Under the pieces are notes generated by a model. The model was given only the letters and a program-made list of their open reading frames with translations. It was not told the origin of the DNA and searched no databases. Shown here in pieces: positions 1 through 9,733 of a stretch of 25,052 nt of DNA. The DNA lies in assembly GCF_006345805.1 (NCBI RefSeq), contig NW_021836188.1, positions 1-25,052 on the forward strand, given 5' to 3'. Every line of letters starts with the position of its first letter. Within the stretch, counting starts at the first letter, position 1. A program made the position numbers and the translations under genes. This DNA is from Octopus sinensis (Eukaryota).

Positions 1-256
1 CTCTCAGGCTCATTGGGGCGTACAAGCCATCACCCCACCACAAAACATTTTTGTAATTTTGCTTTCTCTTCGTAGAGGTGTTGGCCATACGCAAACCTAA
101 TTTTACCTCTGGGAAGAAGTGGTCCAGATTTGCATGGCTTCTATGCGTTGACTTGTCCAGCACAGGGTGGGGGGGCCTTACCAGGACACTGTGTTCCGCT
201 GGCATGGCTCTCAGGCTCATTGAGGCGTACAAGCCATCACCCCACAACAAAACCTG
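1..256 (-). mobile_element. RTE-clade LINE 5'-UTR remnant, partly tandem-duplicated
   Basis: A 46-nt segment (ctctcaggctcattgRggcgtacaagccatcaccccacMacaaaac) occurs at 1-46 and again at 208-253. Its reverse complement, ttgttgtggggtgatggcttgtacgcctcaatgagcctgagagccatgcc, resembles the motif that begins RTE/BovB-type 5' UTRs (recognised from memory). Confidence 0.55.
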
Positions 257-259
257 GTG

Positions 260-1575
260 GAAAAAAATCATCAGTACCATTGCAAAGAAGAAAAGAACAA
301 CAGTTGGTGCCGAAAGTAACTCTATACTTACAAAACCTGTGACACACTTGATTACATTGAAACAATCAAAACATCTTTCGAAAAGTTGGAATAATTAACA
401 AGGTCAAACACATCGATCATGAAATAGTAAGACGCAAGCTCAAAATCGACTCGCAAAAGGAAGAAATAAATTATTCCACTTGAAGAACAAAACGATCTGG
501 ATCGTCAAGATCCAAATCGATCGTTTCCAAGCTGACCTTTCCGTTGCACTTTGTGAACAACGGATGCAAAGCGGCGACATTAAAATCTTAAAACAGCTAA
601 CGAGTAAAATCTCTCATTATAATTGGGGAAACGTGAGAGGAGGACAGTGGAGTATACTGGCAACTATGGATCGGATACGAGAAAAGAAATATTCGAAGTC
701 GACTTGATTAGAGACGAAACGGAAGTTGCAAAAGTGTAGAGATAAATAAACAGAAAAGGAATGAGGGAACTGTGTGGTTGGGAAGTTCACTTTGCAACCA
801 CGTGCAGGGTTTGGGGTTTAGTCCCATTGTGCAAGGGTCTCTAACTAGAACCCCTGAGTAACCAATTCCTTGTGAGTGAATTTGGCCGATGGAATCTGTG
901 TGGAAGCCCGTCATGTGTGTGTGTTTGTGCGTGTGTGTGTGTGTTTGTGTGTGTGTTTGTGTGTATGTGTGTGTGTGCGTGTTTGTGTGTGTGTTTGTGC
1001 GTGTATGTATGTGTGTGTTTGTGTATGTGTGTTTGTGTGTATGTGTGTGTGTTTGTGTGTATGTGTGTGTGTTTGTGTGTGTGTGCGCGCGTGTGCATGC
1101 ACGTGTCTTTGCCTGTATTTGCCTCCACGCCACCACTTGACAAATGGTGTTTGTTTGTTTGTTTACATCCCTGTAACGAGGCTCACAGAATAAGCAGCAG
1201 ACTTTGAAAATGAACAGAGGTTAATTTATTCGACTAAACTCTTCCAGGTGGCGCCCCAGCATGGCCACATTCCAATGACTGAAACAAGCAAAAGATAAAA
1301 GATAAGATATGATATTAACTTTATATAAACAACAATTCAACAAAGAAAAAAGTGTTTTCATCTTCTGAAAAATAAAATAAACAGAAAGAGAGTGAAATGA
1401 AAACATAAAATGAAGATGAAATCATCACAGAATGCAGAAACAGAGCTATCTTGGAATTCTACCAAAAGTTATGCTCCAATAACAAATACAACACCGACTT
1501 TATAGATAATATCGTTGGAGTCACAACGATCCAACATCTAGAAATTACGCCATACGAAAAGAACCAGATACTCGC
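260..1575 (+). pseudogene. Highly decayed RTE-type LINE ORF (end of APE endonuclease domain plus linker), interrupted by a SINE at 758-1306
   Basis: Fragments in different frames: KIISTIAKKKRT (cf. KIMNTFFKKK), ESNSILTKP (cf. EIDYILT), INKVKHIDHEIVRRKLKID (cf. SDH-LV-AKLK at the APE C-terminus), EDEIITECR..EFYQKLCS..EITPYE (RTE linker). Many stops and frameshifts. Confidence 0.5.
758..1306 (+). mobile_element. Old, diverged CORE-type tRNA-derived SINE with an expanded internal (TG)n
   Basis: Colinear with the younger copies: ctgtgtggttgggaag..., ccttgtgagtgaatttgg, gaagcccgtc, (TG)-rich tract 914-1105, ccccagcatggccac...atgactgaaacaagcaaaagataaaagata tail. Confidence 0.85.
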
Positions 1576-1594
1576 CTTTTCCCACACTTCTGTT

Positions 1595-1870
1595 GGTTTT
1601 GCGAAGGAGCCGGGCTTGACTTTCAAGGACAGGTTGTCACCACTGTGTCTAAGGAGTGCTATGTACCCCAGTTTTTAAATCAGAGTATCCCTTCTCCTAG
1701 GCAGACTGCCAACCAAGGCTCACGAGTTCTGCCTACCCGTTTTCGGAATGACCATTGACCCTTTTACGTTCCTCTACCCATTGCCGGGTTTTACTTTTAA
1801 TACCGCAGGGTGTCGAAAATCTACCCTCCTCACCAAGCAAGCTTTGTGGCGTTGCCGGTTTAGTCGCCGA
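1595..1870 (-). mobile_element. Probable RTE-type 5'-UTR remnant
   Basis: The minus strand reads ggtaggcagaactcgtgagccttggttggcagtctgcctaggagaagggatactctgattt, similar to the agccttgg..gca..ctaggagaagg..actctg motif of RTE-type 5' UTRs. Boundaries are approximate. Confidence 0.45.
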
Positions 1871-1947
1871 CGATTTAACACTTTCACAACGCCACTTGTT
1901 AACCATTCTGGGTAATTATTGTTCACTATTATAATTTCATATTATTT

Positions 1948-2337
1948 ACTACTCTTTTACTCTTTTACTCTTTTACTTGTTTCAGTCATTTGAGCAAATC
2001 GACCCCGAGACTTATTCTTTGTAAGCCCAGTACTTATTCTATCAGTCTCTTTTGCCGAACCGCTAAGTGACGGGGACGCAAACACACCAGCATCGGTTGT
2101 CAAGCAATGCTAGGGGGACAAACACAGACACACAAACACAAACACACACACACATACATATATATATACATATATACGATGGGCTTCTTTCAGTTTCCGT
2201 CTACCAAATCCACTCACAAGGTGTATTGGTCCGGCCCGAGGCTATAGTAAGAAGACACTTGCCCAAGATGCCACGCAGTGGACTGAACCCGGAACCATGT
2301 GGTTGGTTAGCAAGCTACTTACCACACAGCCACTCCT
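1948..2337 (-). mobile_element. CORE-type tRNA-derived SINE (octopus OR/OK-like), with an internal ~30-nt deletion
   Basis: Highly similar to the copies at 14070, 19332 and 23794. (ctctttta)n tail at 1948-1976. The segment actgcggccatgctggagcaccgcctttagtcg is missing at about 1992. Confidence 0.95.
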
Positions 2338-2530
2338 AGTTCAAATTATTTATTAGTTCACTGCTATAGTTTCACAATTATTATTATAATTATAATATTG
2401 CTATAAGGTCGAGGGGTCCTAATTATTATCTCCCTTGATTTCTATAGACAACAAATGATGGCAGATCCACGACTGTTGGTTTAACTGATTCTGATGCTGC
2501 AGCGTTAAATGGAGGAACGGGTTTGTATCT

Positions 2531-2738
2531 AACGTGAAGGTTTAAGAAAATAAACAAAAGACGAAGGCAGGTGGAGTACAAACAAACAAATGTATTAGTA
2601 TAGCGCTCAGGAATAGAAATAGAAAAAGTCTTTTACGTTTCGAGCCTACGCTCTTCGACAGAAAGATACACAGAAAAAAAAACAAGGAGAGAAACAAGGA
2701 GAGAAAAAAAAGAGAGAAAAAAAAAGGAGAGAAATACA
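2531..2738 (-). mobile_element. Penelope-like element pLTR fragment carrying a minimal hammerhead-like motif
   Basis: A second copy lies at 23631-23760. The minus strand contains ctgtcgaagagcgtaggctcgaaacgtaaaaga, the CUGnnGA-stemII-GAAAC layout typical of Penelope pLTRs. Confidence 0.7.
2629..2666 (-). ncRNA. Minimal type I hammerhead-like motif with variant core CUGUCGA (A6 to U)
   Basis: Stem I ucuuu/aaaga; core CUGUCGA plus one extra A; stem II gagc-guag-gcuc; GAAA; loopless palindromic stem III ACGU; GUA triplet. Confidence 0.5.
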
Positions 2739-2994
2739 TGTTATTTGATTGGACTGCTAGTTGACATAATTGGCAGTCGATTAAGAGAGGGTGGGTGGGG
2801 ATTTTAAGAGTATCTTCGGCAAGTTGGGACTAAATATCTTTGCTAAGATATCGAAGTTTATAAACATCTCACAGTTTTAAGAAGCTATGGTATTCTATTT
2901 ATAAACACTCCATCGTACTTAAGATATAATGTCTATAAACATAACCATCTTAAAGCTTTAGCAAACTTAGAAAGTACTAGAAAAAGCTTACTCA

Positions 2995-3027
2995 TTATTA
3001 TTATTGTTATTATTATTATTATTATTA

Positions 3028-3066
<39 letters not shown>
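2995..3066 (+). repeat. (ATT)n microsatellite
   Basis: Directly visible. Confidence 0.95.
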
Positions 3067-3069
<3 letters not shown>

Positions 3070-3931
3070 TTCATTCATTCGTCATGATTGTAAGAAATAA
3101 GATAAATCATTATTATTGTTGTTATTATTATTGTTATTGTTTGTTGTTGGTATACATTTCTATCTCCTCATTCTTCTGTCTAATTTCAAGGGCCAACGTC
3201 GTATTGTTTTCCCCACCACCACCACCACCGCTGCCATGCACTCTACACACATACACAGCCGTACACACCGCATTACCTTCCTAATTCTACACTCTCCCAC
3301 GCGCAGCTAATTGCATTTTCCACAATCCACCACCACCCACCACCTACCACCACCACCACCACCACCCAGTCAACTTCCTCCTTTCTCTATCTCCGTTCAC
3401 TCCCTATTCCTAAAACTTCCGTCCACTCCGTACATACACCCTTTAATGGCCATCTTTGAACATCGCTACCGTTTCTCTTCAGTTATCGTTTTCCGCCATT
3501 TTGCTTTCTCAGTTTTTGCTTTTTCCACCGCCATTTTTCATTTAATAAATTTCATTATTCATTCAATATTGTATCTTTTTCCAAATTCATTTTGCTGTGA
3601 ATGGTCGTTGTTGCTATTGTCGTTGTTAATGCCGATGTCGTTACTATTATTGCAGCTGTTGTTGCTAGTGTTGCTAACCACTTTCGATGAAGCTATTATT
3701 ACTTCTCTTCTGGTTGCTAATGTTGCTCGCATTATTGTTTCGATTTATTCTGCTTCTCCCTCGCTGCTGTTCCCTACGTTCTTTTATTTTTCTACGGCTA
3801 CTGATACTATTGTCGTTGTTGCAATTGTTGTTGTCGTTGCTGTTGTTGTTATAACAGTTGATGTCGTTAGTGTTATTATTGTTATTGTCGATGATATCAG
3901 CGTTGATTCCTGATTGACACCACCCGATGCG

Positions 3932-4003
3932 GGTTTCGTATGTAGTGGCTATCACGTCTGTTTCACACACAGAACGTCGCGAGTCCGATCCCCGTCGAAA
4001 TCT
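3932..4003 (+). tRNA. tRNA-Val(CAC), probably a pseudogene
   Basis: Acceptor stem GGTTTCG/CGAAATC. Anticodon stem TCTGT/ACAGA with loop TT-CAC-AC (anticodon 3964-3966). D region TGTAGTGGCTATCAC lacks G10. The T-loop is TCCGATC instead of TTCGATC, the T-stem has one mismatch and the discriminator is T. Confidence 0.8.
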
Positions 4004-4021
4004 GTATTGGGTATTATTTGT

Positions 4022-4444
4022 GGCGCAAGAGTGGGTGTATGGTAAGTAGCTTGCTTACCAACCACATGGTTCCCGTTTCATTCCCACTGCGTGGCACCTT
4101 GGGCAAGTGTCTTCTACTATAGCCGCAGGCCGACCAAAGCCTTGTGAATGGATTTGGTAGACGGAAACTGAAAGAATCCCGTCGTATATATGTATGTATA
4201 AATGTATATATGTATGTGTGTGTGTATATGTTTGTGTGTCTGTGTTTGTCCCCCCAACATCGCTTGACAACCGATGCTGGTGTGTTTACTTCCCCGTAAC
4301 TTAGCGGTTCGGCAAGAAAGACCGATAGAATAAGTACTAGGCTTTCAAAGAATAAGTCCTGGGGTCGATTTGCTCGACTAAAGGCGGTGCTCCAGCATGG
4401 TCGCAGTCAAATGACTGAAACAAGTAAAAGAGTAAAAGAGAGAG
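4022..4444 (+). mobile_element. Full-length CORE-type tRNA-derived SINE
   Basis: tRNA-like head ggcgcaagagtgggtgtatggtaag...ggttcccgtttcattcccact, CORE-like ccttgggcaagtg, internal (TA)/(TG) tract, tail aagtaaaagagtaaaagag. Confidence 0.95.
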
Positions 4445-4560
4445 TATTGTTACTGTTGCTAGTATTGTTGCAATTATTTATATTTCTTTGTTGCAACTGC
4501 AAGTTCATTTATTCTACTAGTGTAAATGATAATGCTGCTGCCGTATGCTTCTCCATCTTT

Positions 4561-5021
4561 ATGCGTCTCCATCTTTCCTTTAACTTGAAAATACCCTCTT
4601 CCCAGAATTGAGGTGGTTTCATGGCAAAGCATTCATCAAGGTATCTTTTTACGTCATATCCAAGGAACTGAAATTTTTACCATTAAGACTATTCTGCAGA
4701 GACCTGAATAAGTGGAAATCCAAATGAGCAATATCTGGTGAATATGGAGGGTGGGGTAACACATCCCAGCCGAGCTGCAGCAATTTTTGTCTGGTTCCCA
4801 AAGCATCAAGTGCTAAAAATGAACTTTCTTATCTTCCATTTTAAAGGATTACAGAATTAACACAGGTTATAGGAACATCAACCTTCTTCCACGGAAAGAT
4901 AGCTTAAACTGTGCTCTAAATGGAGGTGTAGTCAAATCCTATTTTATGGACTCAACCATATTCTAAAATAAGTCGAAAGTTAAGCTACTATAAATTGGCA
5001 CGAACTTTCCGGACAACCCAA
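4561..5021 (-). mobile_element. Internally deleted mariner (DD34D-type) element with its 5' TIR
   Basis: The minus strand starts TA|ttgggttgtccggaaagttcgtgccaattt (TIR, TA at 5022-5023). The ATG at 4839 gives MEDKKVHF*HLMLWE, fused to LGTRQKLLQLGWDVLPHPPYSPDIAHLDFHLFRSLQNSLNGKNF and, after a frameshift, DVKRYLDECFAMKPPQFWEEGIFKLKERWRR. The YSPD(I)A..D motif is diagnostic of mariner. Confidence 0.92.
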
Positions 5022-5084
5022 TAGTTTTTAACTATTAATGGTGAGATACGATGGATATAGTTTCTCGGTATATTTTCGTTGCCA

Positions 5085-5153
5085 TGAAATTTCCTCACGA
5101 TGAACTTTCTTCACGGTGAACTTTCCTTGCGGTGAATTGATTACAGGCGAATT
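5085..5153 (+). repeat. Degenerate ~16-bp tandem repeat, about 4 units
   Basis: tgaaatttcctcacga / tgaactttcttcacgg / tgaactttccttgcgg / tgaattgattacagg / cgaatt. Confidence 0.7.
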
Positions 5154-5164
5154 TAATGTAATCC

Positions 5165-5245
5165 AATAAAATGAGTACCAGTCGAGTACTGGGTCGATGT
5201 AATCGATTTAATCCTTTACCCGAAATTGCTGGATTGATCAAAACT
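5165..5245 (+). mobile_element. Decayed fragment of the Nin-domain SINE (3' half)
   Basis: ataaaatgagtaccagtcgagtactgggtcgatgtaatcgatttaatcc matches the reverse complement of 18361-18411. Confidence 0.7.
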
Positions 5246-5346
5246 AAGTTTTATATTCAAGAAATGAGACACACGAAGAGCCAGAAGAAATAGCACCGCA
5301 AAACATCTCGGCCGACATTCTGATAACGCCACCGATCTATCATTCT

Positions 5347-5492
5347 TAGTATTTTATTCTATCGGCCCCGAAAAGATATATACAAAAAAAGTTTAAATTA
5401 ATCACGGTGACAATTGAACTCAGAAAGTAGAAACTCGATGCAATTGCCATCAGGTATTTTGTCCAACGCTTTAACGACTCAGCTAATTCGCT
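5347..5492 (-). mobile_element. Decayed fragment of the Nin-domain SINE (5' half)
   Basis: tatcggccccgaaaagat...aattgaactcagaaagta parallels tatcgaccccgaaaggat...atttgaactcagaacgta at 18409-18469. Confidence 0.55.
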
Positions 5493-5854
5493 TTCCTTTT
5501 GTAAGAGAACGTCGAAATTTTAGCAATGATGGTTGAAGGAGAAAGAGGAATGTGATTGGTCACATGACAGCTCTATGGAGAGATGCTTCTGCGCATATTC
5601 GACCTCCGGCAACTGTTTTTGTCGAAACTTGAAAATGAGATGCATATTTATTCGTGTTTGGAATTCAGAACCATTAGAATGAAGTCTTTGGTGATTCCAT
5701 CCCAGTTCTTCTTATGAATACCATTTTCATTTCTTTTTTTTTTTTTGAAACAGAATTCAGAGCGGTGATGTTGCAGAGAATGTAATTGAGAATTTAGCAT
5801 TGTGTTCCGTCCGTTGATTACGGTAAGATTTCGCTCTCGGTTCGCCATATTCTA

Positions 5855-5868
5855 CACACACAATCACA

Positions 5869-5931
<63 letters not shown>

Positions 5932-6142
5932 ACACCTCACACACACAACACACACACACACACTCAACACACACACACACACACACACTCACACACACAC
6001 ACTCTCACACACACTCACACACACTCTCATACACACACTCTCTCACACACACACTCTCTCACACACACACACACACACACACAACACACACACACACACA
6101 CACAAACGCACACACACACACGTACACAGACACATACACACA
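5855..6142 (+). repeat. (CA)n/(CT) compound microsatellite
   Basis: Directly visible. Confidence 0.95.
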
Positions 6143-6533
6143 ATCAGTTCATCTAGGGAGTACATTAGAATTTGATTTTAGATATCGATTTATCTACATT
6201 TATATTATGGGGTTTCTTTCTTGGGATGCATCAGTTGTACAACAAGAAACTGGCGTTTGAGGGCGAATTTATTATTTGGGACTCTTCGACCTTCCATAAA
6301 TAACAGCCTAATCACCTTACTGTTATCAAAAACATACATTACGTTTAGTGAAAGGGAAGGCTTTGGCATACCTTAGATCATAAACCAGATCGATGTAAGG
6401 TCAGTTAGGTTTTTTAAAAACAACAACGCTACATCATATCATATCACAACATGACACATTTACATACACACGCACACATCCATATGCATACACATATTTG
6501 TATGTGTGATATATATATATATATATATATATA

Positions 6534-7058
6534 CATCTAATATAGGATAACATTTTTTTTCGAAAAAAAATTTTTATCAATGGCCAGCATATTAAAAAAA
6601 TACCTTTAAAAGTTAAATTTATAAACAACTTATAAACAAGGGCAAACGAAAAAATTCCTAATGCCAAATATGCCGAAATAGACTTAATCGTCAATAACCA
6701 TATAATTTATCACCATAAGCACGTATCTCGAAGAAAACCGACAGAAATTTCTAAAAAATTCTGTTATTATCATATCGGACCCGATTTCAGAGTTAGTTCG
6801 TAAGAACCTTCCCTTCGTCAGTGACAAATGCAGCAAAGGAATAAATGAAATACTTACTCGACGAAGGGAAGGTTCTTACGAACTACTCTGAAATCGGGTC
6901 CGATATGATAATAACGGAATTTTTGAGAAATTTCTGTCGGTTTTCTTCGAGATACGTGCTTATTGTGATAAATTATATGGTTATTGACGATTAAGTCTAT
7001 TTCGGCATATTTGGCATTAGGAATTTTTTTTCTTTTGCCCTGTTTATAAGTTGTTTAC
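6534..7058. mobile_element. Non-autonomous element with ~198-bp inverted arms (Penelope-type inverted pLTR arrangement), inserted in (TA)n
   Basis: The left arm 6622-6819 is the reverse complement of the right arm 6860-7057, with about 8 differences by eye and a 40-nt spacer. It is flanked by (TA)n at 6509-6533 and from 7059, and contains a hammerhead motif. Confidence 0.85.
6767..6827 (-). ncRNA. Type I hammerhead ribozyme with canonical core
   Basis: Minus-strand RNA: uuguca CUGACGA agggaagguuc-uuac-gaacuaacucu GAA Aucg-gguc-cgaU A ugauaa. Stem I is 6 bp (one G-U); stem II is 4+5 bp around a 2x2 A internal loop; stem III is 4 bp with a tetraloop. AUA triplet; predicted cut between 6773 and 6772. 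Confidence 0.85.
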
Positions 7059-7071
7059 ATATATATATTAT

Positions 7072-7103
<32 letters not shown>

Positions 7104-7104
7104 G

Positions 7105-7140
<36 letters not shown>

Positions 7141-7163
7141 TAATATATAGTATATATATGTAT

Positions 7164-7242
<79 letters not shown>

Positions 7243-7257
7243 TGTATAATATATATG

Positions 7258-7307
<50 letters not shown>

Positions 7308-7388
7308 TATATATATTATATTATATGAATATGTGTGGTGGGGGTATGTATTTATGTATGTATGCATGTATTATATATATATATATAT
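7059..7388 (+). repeat. Long imperfect (TA)n microsatellite
   Basis: Directly visible. Confidence 0.95.
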
Positions 7389-7410
7389 TCTTTTTTCTTT
7401 TTTCTGTTAT

Positions 7411-7524
7411 TCTTTTATTTAACTCCAGCCATGCTGGAGCACCTTTAGCCGAACGAATCGACCCCATGACTTATTCTATCAGTATTTTTGCAAAACCGCT
7501 AGGTTACAGGGACGTAAACACACC
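7411..7524 (-). mobile_element. 3' fragment of the CORE-type SINE
   Basis: gccatgctggagcacc...aatcgacccc..gacttattctatc...accgctaggttacagggacgtaaacacacc. Confidence 0.85.
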
Positions 7525-7621
7525 TTACTGTAATCTAGCAGATTTGACGAAATAGCATCAACATAATTTTACCACCGAACAACTAATTCAAGTGTCGTCT
7601 AACCGCCATCACTATGGCCGT

Positions 7622-7625
7622 CACG

Positions 7626-7657
<32 letters not shown>

Positions 7658-8144
7658 CACACACACATATAAATACCCGCACACATACATATATACATGT
7701 ATATATACATACATATATACATACTTATATATATATACATACATATATATATATATATTATGCAAATATACATGTATACATACATATATACATACACACA
7801 CACATATACATATACACACACACATATATATATATGGAAAAATTACCTGTTAAAGGGTAGTTTTCTTTTGTGTTTAAATGTACACTATTTTAAAATATGT
7901 ATATATATATATATATATATATACATATGTATATATATACATCCAACAACCCATCCATCCATCCGTAAATTTATTCACACATCTATTTATACATATCTAT
8001 TTATACATATCTATTTATACATATGTACTTGCACTAATAACATACTCATACACACATACATGCACACACATCATACATATATATATACACATGGATACGT
8101 ACAAATACAAACACACACACCCAGACATACACATGCATTCACCC

Positions 8145-8175
<31 letters not shown>

Positions 8176-8245
8176 CATAGAAATCTGCACATATACATAG
8201 ATACATACATGCATACACACACACACACATAGACACACACACACA
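7622..8245 (+). repeat. (CA)/(TA)/(CATA) compound microsatellite region
   Basis: Directly visible. Confidence 0.9.
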
Positions 8246-8591
8246 TGATGTCAGAAGCCAGTAGCTATGTTAACACAAGATGCAGCTAACAAGCAATGAA
8301 GGTTGTTTCGCCAGAGGGATTCGCAAAAAGTGTGCAGCGTGTCTGTGGGTGGCGGTGAGAGGGAAGGCGAGAGGAAAGGGAAACATAAGCGCAAGGAATC
8401 GGGCGGGAGGAGTAGGAACGAGGGGGGTCGGGGCTTTTGTACACCGGTTGGTTGGTTGGTTGGTTGGTGGGGGGGAAAGGGTGGTTTAAACACGATAAAT
8501 ACGTAGGGTGGGCTCGTTGGTTAGAGGAGGTGGGAGGTGTTGCTGCTGTTGCTGTTGCAGTTGGTGCTATTGCTGCTGTTATTATAGACAA

Positions 8592-8820
8592 GGATGATGA
8601 TGATGATGATGATGGAAGCGGTGGCGGCGGCGGCGGCGGTGGCGGTGGTGGCGGTGGTGGTGGTGGTGGTGGTCGTCGTCGTCGTGATAGCGGCGTTAGT
8701 GGTGTCTACAACGACGACATCGATGGTGTTGATGATGATGACGATGATGATGATGATGATAATGATGACGATAATTATGAAGATGATGATGATGAAGATG
8801 ACGATGACGATGATTATGAA

Positions 8821-8861
<41 letters not shown>

Positions 8862-8886
8862 CGATGACGATGACGATAATTATGAA

Positions 8887-8931
<45 letters not shown>

Positions 8932-9150
8932 AATGATGATGATTATGATGATGATGATGGTGATGGTGATGATGATGAAGGTATGGTGATGATGACGGTG
9001 ACGATGATGATGATGACGACGATGATGATGACGGTGATGATGATGACGGTGACGATGATGATGATGAAGGTGATGGTAATGATGACGGTGACGATGATGA
9101 TGATGATGATGATGATGACGATGATGAGGTGGAGGAGGATGGTGATGACG
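8592..9150 (+). repeat. (GAT)n/(GGC)/(GGT) trinucleotide array
   Basis: Directly visible, with a recurring variant cassette gatgacgatRattatgaagat. Confidence 0.95.
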
Positions 9151-9252
9151 ACTGTACAACTACCACCATTTCCACACTACTACTGTTACTACCAGGATCC
9201 AGTCAATTTAATTGCTAGAAAAAACAACCAGGTCCGTTTGGAATCACACGCT

Positions 9253-9697
9253 ATCTATCTCTCTACCTACGTATTTATCTACCAACCGAGCTCTCTACCC
9301 ATTCATTCATGTATCTATCCATCTATCTATCTATCTATCTATCTATCTACGTGTCTGTTTATAAGGTTATATGCATGTATGTATGTATCATGTATTTATG
9401 TATTTATGCATGTATGCATGTATGCATGCATCCATATATGTTTGTGTGTATACATGCCTTATGTAAGTATGCATGGATGCATGTATGTACATAGGTATGC
9501 ATGTATGTATGTATATATGTATGTATGTAAGCTTGCATACATGCTTGTATGTATATATGTATGCAAACACACAAACACATACACACACACAAACAGACAC
9601 ACAAACACATTCACACACAAATGCACATTCACACACTCACACACATAAACACGCACACATACATAAATGCGCGCACACACACATACACACACATACA

Positions 9698-9730
<33 letters not shown>
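9253..9730 (+). repeat. (ATCT)/(ATGT)/(CA) compound microsatellite region
   Basis: Directly visible. Confidence 0.85.

Positions 9731-9733
<3 letters not shown>

Noticed and set aside
2067-2339. Recurrent short ORFs (…QIHSQG…EDTCPRCHAV…EPCGW) seen at several positions
   Set aside because: They are antisense translations of the SINE copies, not a gene family.
3311-3913. 200-aa hydrophobic ORF resembling a membrane protein
   Set aside because: It derives from (CCA)n and degenerate (GTT)/(ATT) low-complexity sequence and starts at TTG.
5085-5153. CRISPR-like array
   Set aside because: The units are directly adjacent with no spacers, the context is eukaryotic and there are no cas genes.
6851-6911. 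Plus-strand hammerhead in the right arm
   Set aside because: The core reads CUCGACGA and the upstream bases (uacuua) pair poorly with ugauaa, so it is counted as a truncated, inactive copy.
8400-8485. G-rich tract with (GGTT)n, as a telomeric or G4 regulatory element
   Set aside because: It is not TTAGGG, and short G-rich simple repeats are common here with no independent support for function.
8437-9648. 403-aa Gly/Asp/Met-rich ORF
   Set aside because: It is the translation of (GGC)/(GAT)n and (ATCT)/(ATGT)/(CA) microsatellites. Several frames on both strands are open and there is no domain.
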